Virus record (IMG/VR): IMGVR_UViG_3300009515_000004 | Location: 1 to 41,529 of that record | Direction: 5' to 3' (one strand) | DNA length: 41,529 nucleotides | From: a virus | Shown: positions 34,654 through 41,434 of the stretch, in pieces | Numbering within the stretch: the stretch's first letter is position 1 | How the letters are laid out: every line of letters starts with the position of its first letter | Notes under the pieces: generated by a model | Database searches by the model: none | What the model saw: only the letters and a program-made list of their open reading frames with translations | Told to the model about the DNA's origin: nothing | Translations under genes and position numbers: made by a program

Positions 34654-34937
34654 GCGGACTGACACATTCACATCCACGCTCTGACATTTGTCCGTACTGT
34701 GAACGCGACACCCTGCGCGTCGAGATCGAGCGGCTCCAATCTCAATCCGAAGAGCGCCTGCGGCTGCACCAGAAGGCTGTACGCCACGCGGCTGATAGTG
34801 ACGCAGATCGGGCAACGCTGCGCACCGAGGTCGAACGGCTGCGCGCGCTCGCAATCGATGCGTGCCTACGCTTCGACGCGGCTGGCATGATTGTAAGTGC
34901 ACAACGAATCCGAGAAGCCCTGGAGGAGAAGCCGTGA
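34650..34937 (+). CDS. CxxC + coiled-coil small protein (95 aa), ends ALEEKP
   Basis: GTGA overlap. CPYCERDTLRVEIERLQ. Paralogous to the next gene. Confidence 0.65.
   Translation: MSGLTHSHPRSDICPYCERDTLRVEIERLQSQSEERLRLHQKAVRHAADSDADRATLRTEVERLRALAIDACLRFDAAGMIVSAQRIREALEEKP
34915..34937 (+). repeat. Junction cassette copy 1: AAGCCCTGGAGGAGAAGCCGTGA
   Basis: 23-nt string identical to 35184..35206. Contains the SD (GGAGG), the GTG start of the next gene and the TGA stop of the previous gene. Confidence 0.9.
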
Positions 34938-35206
34938 ACCTCGTTCAGAGTTGCTCGCAGCATCAGCCGCGAATGGGCGAACCGTGCCCGAGTTGCGAGT
35001 GCGACAACCTGCGCACCGAGAACGAGCGGCTGAGTAAAGGATTGTTAGAAGTTGCCAAACAAAATGGTAGGTTGGAATTTCAGTGTGCATACTTCGAGGG
35101 TGAGAAAGCTCGTCTTGAAACAGCAATACGTGCTGTTTTGAAAGGCCCCTGGACAAAGAGCGCCATGCTGCATCATTTGCACAAAGCCCTGGAGGAGAAG
35201 CCGTGA
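34934..35206 (+). CDS. CxxC + coiled-coil small protein (90 aa), ends ALEEKP
   Basis: GTG start inside the junction cassette. CPSCECDNLRTENERLSKG. Confidence 0.65.
   Translation: MNLVQSCSQHQPRMGEPCPSCECDNLRTENERLSKGLLEVAKQNGRLEFQCAYFEGEKARLETAIRAVLKGPWTKSAMLHHLHKALEEKP
35184..35206 (+). repeat. Junction cassette copy 2: AAGCCCTGGAGGAGAAGCCGTGA
   Basis: Identical to copy 1. Confidence 0.9.
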
Positions 35207-35406
35207 GCGACGAGACTCACAACGAAGGTGTGTTGGTAACTGCCATCGGCCTTCGCGTCTTCGAAGGCAAATACATCGTCGAAGCAGAGATCGGCGGAAA
35301 GTGGATCGTGGTGATTCAAGAATCGGGAACGATTGTTGGACACATCGTCGAATCCAGCTTTATGAAGAGGGCGCGAGAATCTCACGACGGGGAGGATAAG
35401 CCGTGA
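35203..35406 (+). CDS. Hypothetical small protein (67 aa), ends GEDKP
   Basis: GTG start inside the junction cassette. Beta-rich sequence. Confidence 0.6.
   Translation: MSDETHNEGVLVTAIGLRVFEGKYIVEAEIGGKWIVVIQESGTIVGHIVESSFMKRARESHDGEDKP
35389..35406 (+). repeat. Junction cassette copy 3: GGGGAGGATAAGCCGTGA
   Basis: Variant of the cassette. It also shares the downstream GCGAC with copy 2. Confidence 0.85.
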
Positions 35407-35813
35407 GCGACAAGTACAACATCGCCGTCGTAGACCGAAAGACTTACGCAGAATTGCAAGAGCGCCTGAAAAATGTCGAAGCAGAGAACGAGCGGCTGCG
35501 GCACGAGCTGCGCAGTGTTCGTGATGTTCGCAATGAGGAGAGTAATCATCGGTGGAAAGACATCGAGAGGGTGATTGCCGAACGAGATGCGCTGCGTGAC
35601 GAGGTCGAGCGGCTGCGGCACGAATGGGATGTAACTCGCAATAGCCTGAAGGATTCTCGCGAACGGTTGAAACGTGAGCGCGCCGAGAACGAGCGGCTGC
35701 GCGACGTGATTCGCTCGACGCACTCAGACGACCGCTGCAAGGTATGGGAAGGCTACGGCAGGCACCATCCAGATTGTTTGATCGAGGAACTGGAACCGGA
35801 GGAGAAGCCGTGA
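35403..35813 (+). CDS. Coiled-coil protein with three ENERLR/VERLRHE repeats (136 aa), ends PEEKP
   Basis: GTG start inside the junction cassette. AENERLRHEL, DEVERLRHEW, AENERLRDVI. Confidence 0.7.
   Translation: MSDKYNIAVVDRKTYAELQERLKNVEAENERLRHELRSVRDVRNEESNHRWKDIERVIAERDALRDEVERLRHEWDVTRNSLKDSRERLKRERAENERLRDVIRSTHSDDRCKVWEGYGRHHPDCLIEELEPEEKP
35797..35813 (+). repeat. Junction cassette copy 4: CGGAGGAGAAGCCGTGA
   Basis: GGAGGAGAAGCCGTGA is identical to copies 1 and 2. Confidence 0.9.
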
Positions 35814-36229
35814 TCACGCTTCTCGGGTCGATGTACCTCGCGGCCTGCGTGAACGGCGTCGCAACCGGCGTTCTCGGACTGACACTCGGCCTCGTGCAAT
35901 GGTGCGCGCCAGGCCCGCTGCAAGGGAGCACCGTAGTGGCGCTGATCTACGAGCCGGGCGCTGTCGATCGCGTGCAGCCGGTGGGCACCCTGCCGGCGGG
36001 GCACAATCTCTTTCTGGTGCAGAGCCCACCCGGAATGCTCTACACGCTGGGATGGGAAGGATCCGACGTTTCCCCCGACGTCGCTCAGACGTGCCTCGGC
36101 CAGGTCGTCGGCGGGGCCGACTTCGCGACGTTCCGCGCCGCCATGGCAGAGGGGTTCGTGGGCGGGAACCACTTCGCGGGCTTCCGCGCTGCGCTGGGGA
36201 CGCCGTGCCTCAACCGAAGCCTCCCTTGA
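35810..36229 (+). CDS. N-terminally membrane-anchored protein (139 aa)
   Basis: GTG start inside the junction cassette. TM: ITLLGSMYLAACVNGVATGVLGLTLGLV. Confidence 0.6.
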   Translation: MITLLGSMYLAACVNGVATGVLGLTLGLVQWCAPGPLQGSTVVALIYEPGAVDRVQPVGTLPAGHNLFLVQSPPGMLYTLGWEGSDVSPDVAQTCLGQVVGGADFATFRAAMAEGFVGGNHFAGFRAALGTPCLNRSLP

Positions 36230-36429
36230 AAGCCTCGAATTTCCATGAGGAGTTCGTCGTAAGTGCCGACAGATACGAGTGTTTCTGGTGGCACGACGAC
36301 CACTACCGGCTGGCCCCGAAGCCGCATGTGTTTGACGAGATCGATTTGTCGGCGTACATTTCCCGGCGTGCGCAAGGTGGGGCTTTGAATGACACAGCAA
36401 GAATCAAAACCGCCGCTGACTCGCCCTGA
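36226..36429 (+). CDS. Possible small protein (67 aa, TTG start)
   Basis: TTGA overlap with the upstream stop, in frame with track ORF 35899..36429. It overlaps the next ORF by 41 nt. Weak. Confidence 0.3.
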   Translation: MKASNFHEEFVVSADRYECFWWHDDHYRLAPKPHVFDEIDLSAYISRRAQGGALNDTARIKTAADSP

Positions 36430-36610
36430 CTTCGCGCACACGAAAGCTGGAGAGTCGAGAAGCCCTGGCAGCAATGCCGGGGCTTCTTCATTTCCGATCA
36501 CGAACGGTGAGATCATCACCTTCTGCGGCATCTGCGGCGCGTTCGACGAGGCGGAGTCGTACGATTTGGGTGGCGTTCGTGTGCTCGCGTGCGAAGCTTG
36601 TCGGTCGTGA
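36389..36610 (+). CDS. Small zinc-ribbon-like protein (73 aa)
   Basis: GGTGGGG 7 nt upstream. FCGICG...LACEAC. Confidence 0.45.
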   Translation: MTQQESKPPLTRPDFAHTKAGESRSPGSNAGASSFPITNGEIITFCGICGAFDEAESYDLGGVRVLACEACRS

Positions 36611-36768
36611 CGATCGACGAGGCGCTCCAGAAGGTCGGTGACGTGATGCGCGTGCATGGCGACGACGCCATTCCGATGTTCGTGATCCACGAAGAGTTGA
36701 AGCGGCTCCGCACCGAGCTGGAGCAGGAGCGGCAGAATCATTATCTGCTGGCGAAGGCGACGCGGTGA
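36607..36768 (+). CDS. Small hypothetical protein (53 aa, GTG start)
   Basis: Hand-translated VTIDEALQKVGDVMRVHGDDAIPMFVIHEELKRLRTELEQERQNHYLLAKATR. GTGA overlaps at both ends. Confidence 0.45.
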   Translation: MTIDEALQKVGDVMRVHGDDAIPMFVIHEELKRLRTELEQERQNHYLLAKATR

Positions 36769-37028
36769 GAGACGAATGGGTCGATCGCTGCGAGCTTCGT
36801 GGATTCCTGTACGGACGCGATGACGAGAGGATCCAGGAAGTCGGCCTGCGATCTCCGCACCCGTACATCTACTTCCGAGGCAAACTCGGATCGACCAACA
36901 TCCTGGACATGTTCGAGAAGGAGTTCAAGACTTCTGACGAAGATCTCCGGCCGGGAAGTCGCATCTTCCGTCTGACCACGCTGTTGGGTGGAACGGTTGC
37001 GAAGTACGAGGAGCTTCTTCGAAATTGA
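36765..37028 (+). CDS. Hypothetical protein (87 aa, GTG start)
   Basis: GTGA overlap. ORF in the track. Confidence 0.55.
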   Translation: MRDEWVDRCELRGFLYGRDDERIQEVGLRSPHPYIYFRGKLGSTNILDMFEKEFKTSDEDLRPGSRIFRLTTLLGGTVAKYEELLRN

Positions 37029-37042
37029 GGAGAATCGACATC

Positions 37043-37519
37043 ATGGCGCGGATCGAGTTGAGTGAAGAGGAGCACCTGATGGCTGCGGTAGCTGGGGTGT
37101 TCCGGCGCGTGCGGTCGGTAGCTCTCGGCAAGAAGGACAACGCCGGCCATGACGGCAAGGATGTGTGGACGAACGAGATCGAGGGGTGTTGCGCCGAGAT
37201 GGCAGCTGCCAAGTGCCTCGGCGTCTACTGGTCCGGGCAGATGGGCGAGAAGGCGCGCGACATTCTGGGGTTCGAGGTGCGCAGCACGACGCACGAGAAC
37301 GGCCGGCTGATCGTCCGTCGCAACGACCCGGACGATGTTCCGTTTCTGCTGGTCGTCGGCCAGCTTGGAAAGTACGACGCGATCGGCTGGATCTACAGCA
37401 AGGACGCGAAGCGCGACGAGTGGCTCGCCGACCCGAACAACCGCTTCAACGGGGATCGGTCGAAGATGAGCTACTTCGTCCCGCAGGCTGCACTCAACAA
37501 GACGCGGCCTCCGAAGTGA
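37043..37519 (+). CDS. Putative PD-(D/E)xK-fold nuclease (158 aa)
   Basis: The ATG is preceded by GAGGAG. Pattern EIEGCCAEMAAAK ... ARDILGFEVRS ... FLLVVG gives an E ... D ... E-V-R arrangement typical of restriction-endonuclease-like folds. Family not identified. Confidence 0.6.
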   Translation: MARIELSEEEHLMAAVAGVFRRVRSVALGKKDNAGHDGKDVWTNEIEGCCAEMAAAKCLGVYWSGQMGEKARDILGFEVRSTTHENGRLIVRRNDPDDVPFLLVVGQLGKYDAIGWIYSKDAKRDEWLADPNNRFNGDRSKMSYFVPQAALNKTRPPK

Positions 37520-37621
37520 GAACGAAAACTTCCCGCACGAGCCAGGGTGGATCCCTCGAATCGTGCCCAACCCGGCCTTTGCGCCGGACCACCGAGCCGA
37601 ACGAGCTTGATGCGGCCGAAG

Positions 37622-37661
37622 CTCTCGGAGTGCACGGGGTCAGAACCCCCGTCGCCGAGAG
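37622..37661 (+). other. Two-tier stem-loop in a 340-bp non-coding gap
   Basis: CTCTCGG-agtgc-ACGGGG-tcagaac-CCCCGT-cg-CCGAGAG. About 100 nt after the stop at 37519. Could be a terminator or RNA element. Confidence 0.35.
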
Positions 37662-37861
37662 TCCCCAAGGCATCATCGGTTCCCCACAATGCGGGGTCGA
37701 ATCAGCAGACGGATAAGTCGGTGTTGCCACGGCGAAGCGCAGGGCTGGTTCGGCCTCACCCTGCAGGAGCCGCGGATCGCGTGCGGGAAGCACATATCGA
37801 GGAAATCGAATGACCACTCTATTGACTTGGGGACACTTGCGTCCTCAGAAAGGAGACGTTG

Positions 37862-38257
37862 ATGACACACCGAAAGGTGCTGGGGATCCTGGTAACAATC
37901 GCTCTCACCCATTCCCTGGCTTCGACTTCGTCTGCGCAGGATCAGGACGCGGACTCCATCCTCGACGCCGATGACAACTGCGTGCTCGTACCCAACCGAA
38001 ATCAGATCGACAGCGACAACCCGCAGGACGGCTTCGGCAATGCCTGCGATGCCGACCTGACCAACGACGGTGTCATGGGCGGAGACGACTTCTCCATCCA
38101 CCGGGGATGCGCTCTCCTCGGTGCCCTTCAACAACCGTTCGACAGCCGATGCGATACCAACGCCAACGGGATCTTCGACAACATCGACCGGGTCCGCTTC
38201 CGACGCTCCTGGCGACGTGAAGCGCCCGGACCCTCCGGCATCGTGGGTGAGCGATGA
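37862..38257 (+). CDS. Secreted Ca-binding protein: signal peptide, thrombospondin type-3 repeat and dockerin-like loops
   Basis: AAAGGAG SD. Signal peptide MTHRKVLGILVTIALTHSLASTSSA. TSP3 motif DADDNCVLVPNRNQIDSDNPQDGFGNACDAD. Loops DLTNDGVMGGDD and DTNANGIFDNID. Confidence 0.75.
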   Translation: MTHRKVLGILVTIALTHSLASTSSAQDQDADSILDADDNCVLVPNRNQIDSDNPQDGFGNACDADLTNDGVMGGDDFSIHRGCALLGALQQPFDSRCDTNANGIFDNIDRVRFRRSWRREAPGPSGIVGER

Positions 38258-38469
38258 CGGATGTCGGCACACCGGTGGATCGGTGGATCTCCGCGCGGAT
38301 CGCGGCGCTGAAAGAGAGAATCGCAGTCCTCGAAGCGAGGTCCGCAATGACCGATGCCGTGCTCGAGCAGTTCCTGATCCACTTCAACCAGACCCGAGGC
38401 AACGAAGCCGAGAAGTTCTCTCCCGGTAGCTCGAGGCTCCAGCCCCCCGTGAACCCCGTGAAGGACTGA
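38254..38469 (+). CDS. Hypothetical coiled-coil protein (71 aa)
   Basis: ATGA overlap with the upstream gene. Confidence 0.55.
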   Translation: MTDVGTPVDRWISARIAALKERIAVLEARSAMTDAVLEQFLIHFNQTRGNEAEKFSPGSSRLQPPVNPVKD

Positions 38470-38774
38470 AGCCCGCCAAGACCGATCGAGCTCGTAAGCG
38501 GCCAGGACCGGGTACCCGGAAGACCGAGCCGGCCGGGAACCTACGCCGCCTCGGCCCCAGCGCACTGGGGGACTGGCGCAATGCTGCTGCACAACGCCGG
38601 TCAGCACAGGCGGGTAGCCAATCCCGCAGGCGGCTCCCTCACCGATCCCCTCTCCGCAGAGACAGGGATGCGCACCAGGCACGCCCTCAAGGCAGAACAG
38701 GCGCTGGGCTCAGAACACGTTTCAGAGGGGAGGCCGTCCCCGAAAATTATGCGGAGAAGGGCCACATCGTTCAG

Positions 38775-39164
38775 CTAACGGCCTGGCTTTGGGGGTAGGG
38801 GGGGGTCGGTATCGGCGTCGCTGTACAGCGGGGCGTCCCGATAGCGGGATTCGTCCCGTAGACCAACGCTTCCATGCGAAAAGCGTGGGTGCCTCCCGCT
38901 GATAGCGTGGCCGATGCCCTCGCCGATAGCGTTGCTGGTAGCGTCCGAGGAGCTCTCCGAGGCTAATACCGTCCCCTCGCTGTCAGCTTGCCAGTAGCGG
39001 GAAACAGAACCAACTTTCTGATCTTTTTTTTCCTCAACGATTCCGCGCACTTGGAACCTCGAGTTGCCGGTCGTCACCCATTTGGGGTATGAAATCGGTT
39101 CCAGGATCTGCGACAATGCCCCTCGATCGCCGCGAATGACCGCGGTGACGACCACGGGACGCAA
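38775..39164 (-). CDS. Orphan low-GC hypothetical protein (up to 129 aa; TTG or GTG start)
   Basis: ORF in the track. It contains no internal ATG codon. Protein-like composition. Visibly AT-richer DNA (T8 run at about 39022). Weak SD. Confidence 0.4.
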   Translation of the reverse strand: MRPVVVTAVIRGDRGALSQILEPISYPKWVTTGNSRFQVRGIVEEKKDQKVGSVSRYWQADSEGTVLASESSSDATSNAIGEGIGHAISGRHPRFSHGSVGLRDESRYRDAPLYSDADTDPPLPPKPGR

Positions 39165-39179
39165 CGTCCCCCGGAGAAC

Positions 39180-39494
39180 ATGACCATGGCCAAGAGCAAG
39201 ACCAACGCTGCACCGAAATCCTTCGACGATGCCATCGACGCCAACGAACGCGAGGCGATGCTGAGGGAACTCAACGCACTACGGGCCGAGAACGAGAAGC
39301 TGACCAAGGCGAAGCGAGGCCCCCGGGAGCTGACCCTGAAGGTTTCCGCCAAGGGCGGCGTATCGCTCTACGGCATCCGTCGCTTCCCCGTGACGTTCTA
39401 CGCCGACGAGTGGCCGATGATCCTCGGCATGGCCGAGCGGATCGTCGAGTTCATCGCCGAGAACAGCGACGATCTGAAACGCAAGGGCGAGTAG
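39180..39494 (+). CDS. Conserved-looking hypothetical protein (104 aa)
   Basis: GGAG upstream (the start could be ATG 39180 or 39186). LTLKVSAKGGVSLYGIRRFPVTFYADEW resembles a recurrent phage motif of unknown function (from memory). Confidence 0.7.
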   Translation: MTMAKSKTNAAPKSFDDAIDANEREAMLRELNALRAENEKLTKAKRGPRELTLKVSAKGGVSLYGIRRFPVTFYADEWPMILGMAERIVEFIAENSDDLKRKGE

Positions 39495-39502
39495 CAAGCC
39501 GT

Positions 39503-39520
39503 GGGGGGCGAAAGCCCCCC
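39503..39520 (+). terminator. GGGGGGC-GAAA-GCCCCCC hairpin 9 nt after the stop at 39494
   Basis: Perfect 7-bp GC stem with a GNRA loop. No U-tract. Confidence 0.45.
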
Positions 39521-39610
39521 CGGTAGCTCGGCTCGGCACGCTGTGTCGGTCCGATCTACCGCGGGAATCATCCCCCGGTACAGCGAGGCGGAACGCCTCA
39601 AGGAGCACCG

Positions 39611-39760
39611 ATGGACGACGAGACTACCGACATCACGGCGAGCTACTGCGAGTGCATCGACCCTATGCCGATGCCGGCGTCAGACCGCGTAGGCGAGGCT
39701 CTCACGGCGATCTGTGGCCGATGCCTGTGCGGGATCGACCCGTGGCAGATCGGCTCCTGA
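39611..39760 (+). CDS. Small Cys-rich protein (49 aa)
   Basis: Hand-translated MDDETTDITASYCECIDPMPMPASDRVGEALTAICGRCLCGIDPWQIGS. Strong AAGGAG 5 nt upstream. Below the ORF-track cutoff. Confidence 0.45.
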   Translation: MDDETTDITASYCECIDPMPMPASDRVGEALTAICGRCLCGIDPWQIGS

Positions 39761-39845
39761 CGGGCCCTGAGGCCGCTCTCATGGCCCTTCTGGCGCTGAC
39801 CGCGGCCCTCGCCGTACGGGATGCCAGAGAGCGCCGCTGAGGGCA

Positions 39846-39880
39846 CCCCCCGGACGTTCTGCCATGGGGCGTCCGGGGGG
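39846..39880 (+). terminator. Perfect 11-bp stem-loop CCCCCCGGACG ... CGTCCGGGGGG
   Basis: Seen directly, with a 13-nt loop. It separates the 39180..39760 unit from the early-operon control region. Confidence 0.5.
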
Positions 39881-39951
39881 AACAGCGGGAGCCTACGGTA
39901 CGGGGACGCGCGCGCCGCGCCGCCAGGCCGCGCCCGCCGCCGCGCCCCCTG

Positions 39952-39989
39952 CTACCCGCGTCATCTACCCGCGTCGGGATCTACCCGCG
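39952..39989 (+). repeat. Three direct copies of CTACCCGCG (starts 39952, 39965, 39981), operator or iteron candidates
   Basis: Seen directly, with 13- and 16-nt spacing, 40-70 nt upstream of the first early gene. Confidence 0.6.
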
Positions 39990-39996
39990 CGAAACC

Positions 39997-40011
39997 GGGG
40001 CAATTTGCCCC
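39997..40011. promoter_or_regulatory. Inverted repeat GGGGCAA-t-TTGCCCC just upstream of the SD of gene 40026
   Basis: Seen directly. A related hairpin precedes gene 40471. Confidence 0.4.
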
Positions 40012-40025
40012 ACTGAGGAGAGAGC

Positions 40026-40439
40026 ATGAGCAACAAGGTCTACAACGAGCGGCTGCGCAAGCTGGCAGCCTTCCTGGAGTCCGACCCCCACGGGTTCGAC
40101 ATCATGAGCTTCACCAACACCCTCCACCCCGATCAGCTGTTCGACGACCCTCGCGAGGACTGCGGCACGTCGGCCTGTGCCATCGGCTTCCTGCCGGCCG
40201 TCTTCCCGCTCGACTTCGACTGGGATCAGTACGGAAGGCTCCGGCATCCGGTGTCGCGTCGTTCGGTCGGCTTCTGGGAAGCCGGGACGTCGTACTTCAA
40301 TCTCGACAACGAGGACTTTTCGAGGCTGTTCGAGCCGGACTCCTACGACGCCGAGGAGCTCGAGGCCAATGGCGAGCGCGTGACGGCAGCCATGGTGGCG
40401 GAGCGCATCCGGGCCTTCATTGCCAACCGACAGGACTGA
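40026..40439 (+). CDS. Hypothetical protein (137 aa), first gene of the early operon
   Basis: GAGGAGAGAGC-ATG. The CGTSACAIGF motif recalls a widespread uncharacterised family. Confidence 0.75.
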   Translation: MSNKVYNERLRKLAAFLESDPHGFDIMSFTNTLHPDQLFDDPREDCGTSACAIGFLPAVFPLDFDWDQYGRLRHPVSRRSVGFWEAGTSYFNLDNEDFSRLFEPDSYDAEELEANGERVTAAMVAERIRAFIANRQD

Positions 40440-40470
40440 CAACCGGGGCATTCCGCCCCAAGGAGAGAGC

Positions 40471-40917
40471 ATGGCGAGAGCACACAAGGTGCAGGAGGTT
40501 GCGGTGGTGTACCGCGGCCGAGCGAAGGCGTGCCCGGAGTTTCCGGTACGCGATTCGGCGGGAGCCGCCCGCTACATCTGGGGCGTGATCGGGGATCAGC
40601 CGGTCGAGAAGTTCGGCGTGCTGCTGCTGGACGGCAGACACCGGGCCATCGGGCTGCAGGTGGTGTCCGTGGGGACGCTCACCGCGTCGCTCGTGCATCC
40701 GCGGGAGGTCTTCCGCGGGGCCATCATGAAGGGCTGTGCGGCCATGATCCTGGCCCACAACCACCCGTCCGGGGAGCCGTCGCCGTCGGCCGAGGACCGC
40801 ACGATCACCAAGCGATTGCGGGAGGCCGGCGAGATTCTCGGCATCGCCGTGATCGACCACATCATCGTCGCATCGCCGACGGTGTACTGCAGCGCGAAAG
40901 AGGAGGGCTGGATCTGA
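40471..40917 (+). CDS. radC: RadC-like JAB/MPN domain protein
   Basis: ILAHNHPSGEPSPSAEDRTITKRL...GIAVIDHIIV is the RadC JAB signature (H-N-H-P-S-G ... S-x-x-D ... D-H). The ATG at 40471 is preceded by AAGGAGAGAGC. Confidence 0.85.
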   Translation: MARAHKVQEVAVVYRGRAKACPEFPVRDSAGAARYIWGVIGDQPVEKFGVLLLDGRHRAIGLQVVSVGTLTASLVHPREVFRGAIMKGCAAMILAHNHPSGEPSPSAEDRTITKRLREAGEILGIAVIDHIIVASPTVYCSAKEEGWI

Positions 40918-41189
40918 TGGCGAGGACATACACCGTGCACCGCATCTCGATGCTGGACCAGAAGCTCTACACGATGGAGCTGCCCGTGAGTCAGGACGAG
41001 GTGGACTCGTTCCTGATGGCACGCAGCAACGGCAGAGCGCCGCTCGTGCAGGATGCCTTCCCCGACCTGCCCGCTGCCGAACGCGAGTTCATCATCAGCG
41101 GCATCCTGCCGGACATCTGGGACGAGCAGTTCAAGCCGATGGACGACGACGAGATCGCGGCGCTGGAAGCCGAGGAGGAGCAGGGATGA
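40917..41189 (+). CDS. Hypothetical protein (90 aa) with an acidic C-terminus
   Basis: The ATG overlaps the radC-like stop by 1 nt (TGATG). Confidence 0.65.
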   Translation: MARTYTVHRISMLDQKLYTMELPVSQDEVDSFLMARSNGRAPLVQDAFPDLPAAEREFIISGILPDIWDEQFKPMDDDEIAALEAEEEQG

Positions 41190-41434
41190 AGAAACCCAGA
41201 CTGTCGGAAACGCTGTTGACCGCATCGAAGCTGCAAGCGGGAGAGTCCCGCTGCAGTCCCGAGGAGCTGGCGGAGTTGTCGCTGGAGGCGCTCCGCATGG
41301 AGCAGGCACTCGAGATGCTGCGCAGCTTCGTCGAGAGCGTGAGCCTGAACGCCGAGAGCGGACTCGGACGCACGCAAGCGGCGTTGCTGCTGGGTGTCGT
41401 CGAGAACGCGATGCACGGGAGGAGCGTGAAATGA
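41186..41434 (+). CDS. Hypothetical protein (82 aa)
   Basis: ATGA overlaps at both ends. Confidence 0.65.
   Translation: MKKPRLSETLLTASKLQAGESRCSPEELAELSLEALRMEQALEMLRSFVESVSLNAESGLGRTQAALLLGVVENAMHGRSVK

Noticed and set aside
37691-37705. tRNA-like T-arm string GCGGGGTCGAATCAG
   Set aside because: I could not build an acceptor, D or anticodon stem from the flanking sequence. The T-stem has a mismatch and the loop is not T-psi-C-like.
37823-37850. TTGACT as a -35 box for the secreted-protein gene, and TTGACA at 27147..27152 for the capsid gene
   Set aside because: There is no acceptable -10 hexamer at 16-18 nt in either case. The host sigma specificity is unknown, so no promoter call is made.
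38608-38632. T-arm-like hairpin GCGGG-tagccaat-CCCGC followed by AGGCGGC, as a possible tRNA 3' fragment or attP core
   Set aside because: The loop is 8 nt and unlike TTCGAAT. There is no CCA or acceptor complement. It is reported only as a motif-bearing hairpin.
39821-40588. 255-aa plus-strand ORF spanning the control region and genes 40026 and 40471
   Set aside because: It is an Arg/Ala/Pro-rich frame overlapping two well-supported genes and the repeat region. It has no start context.
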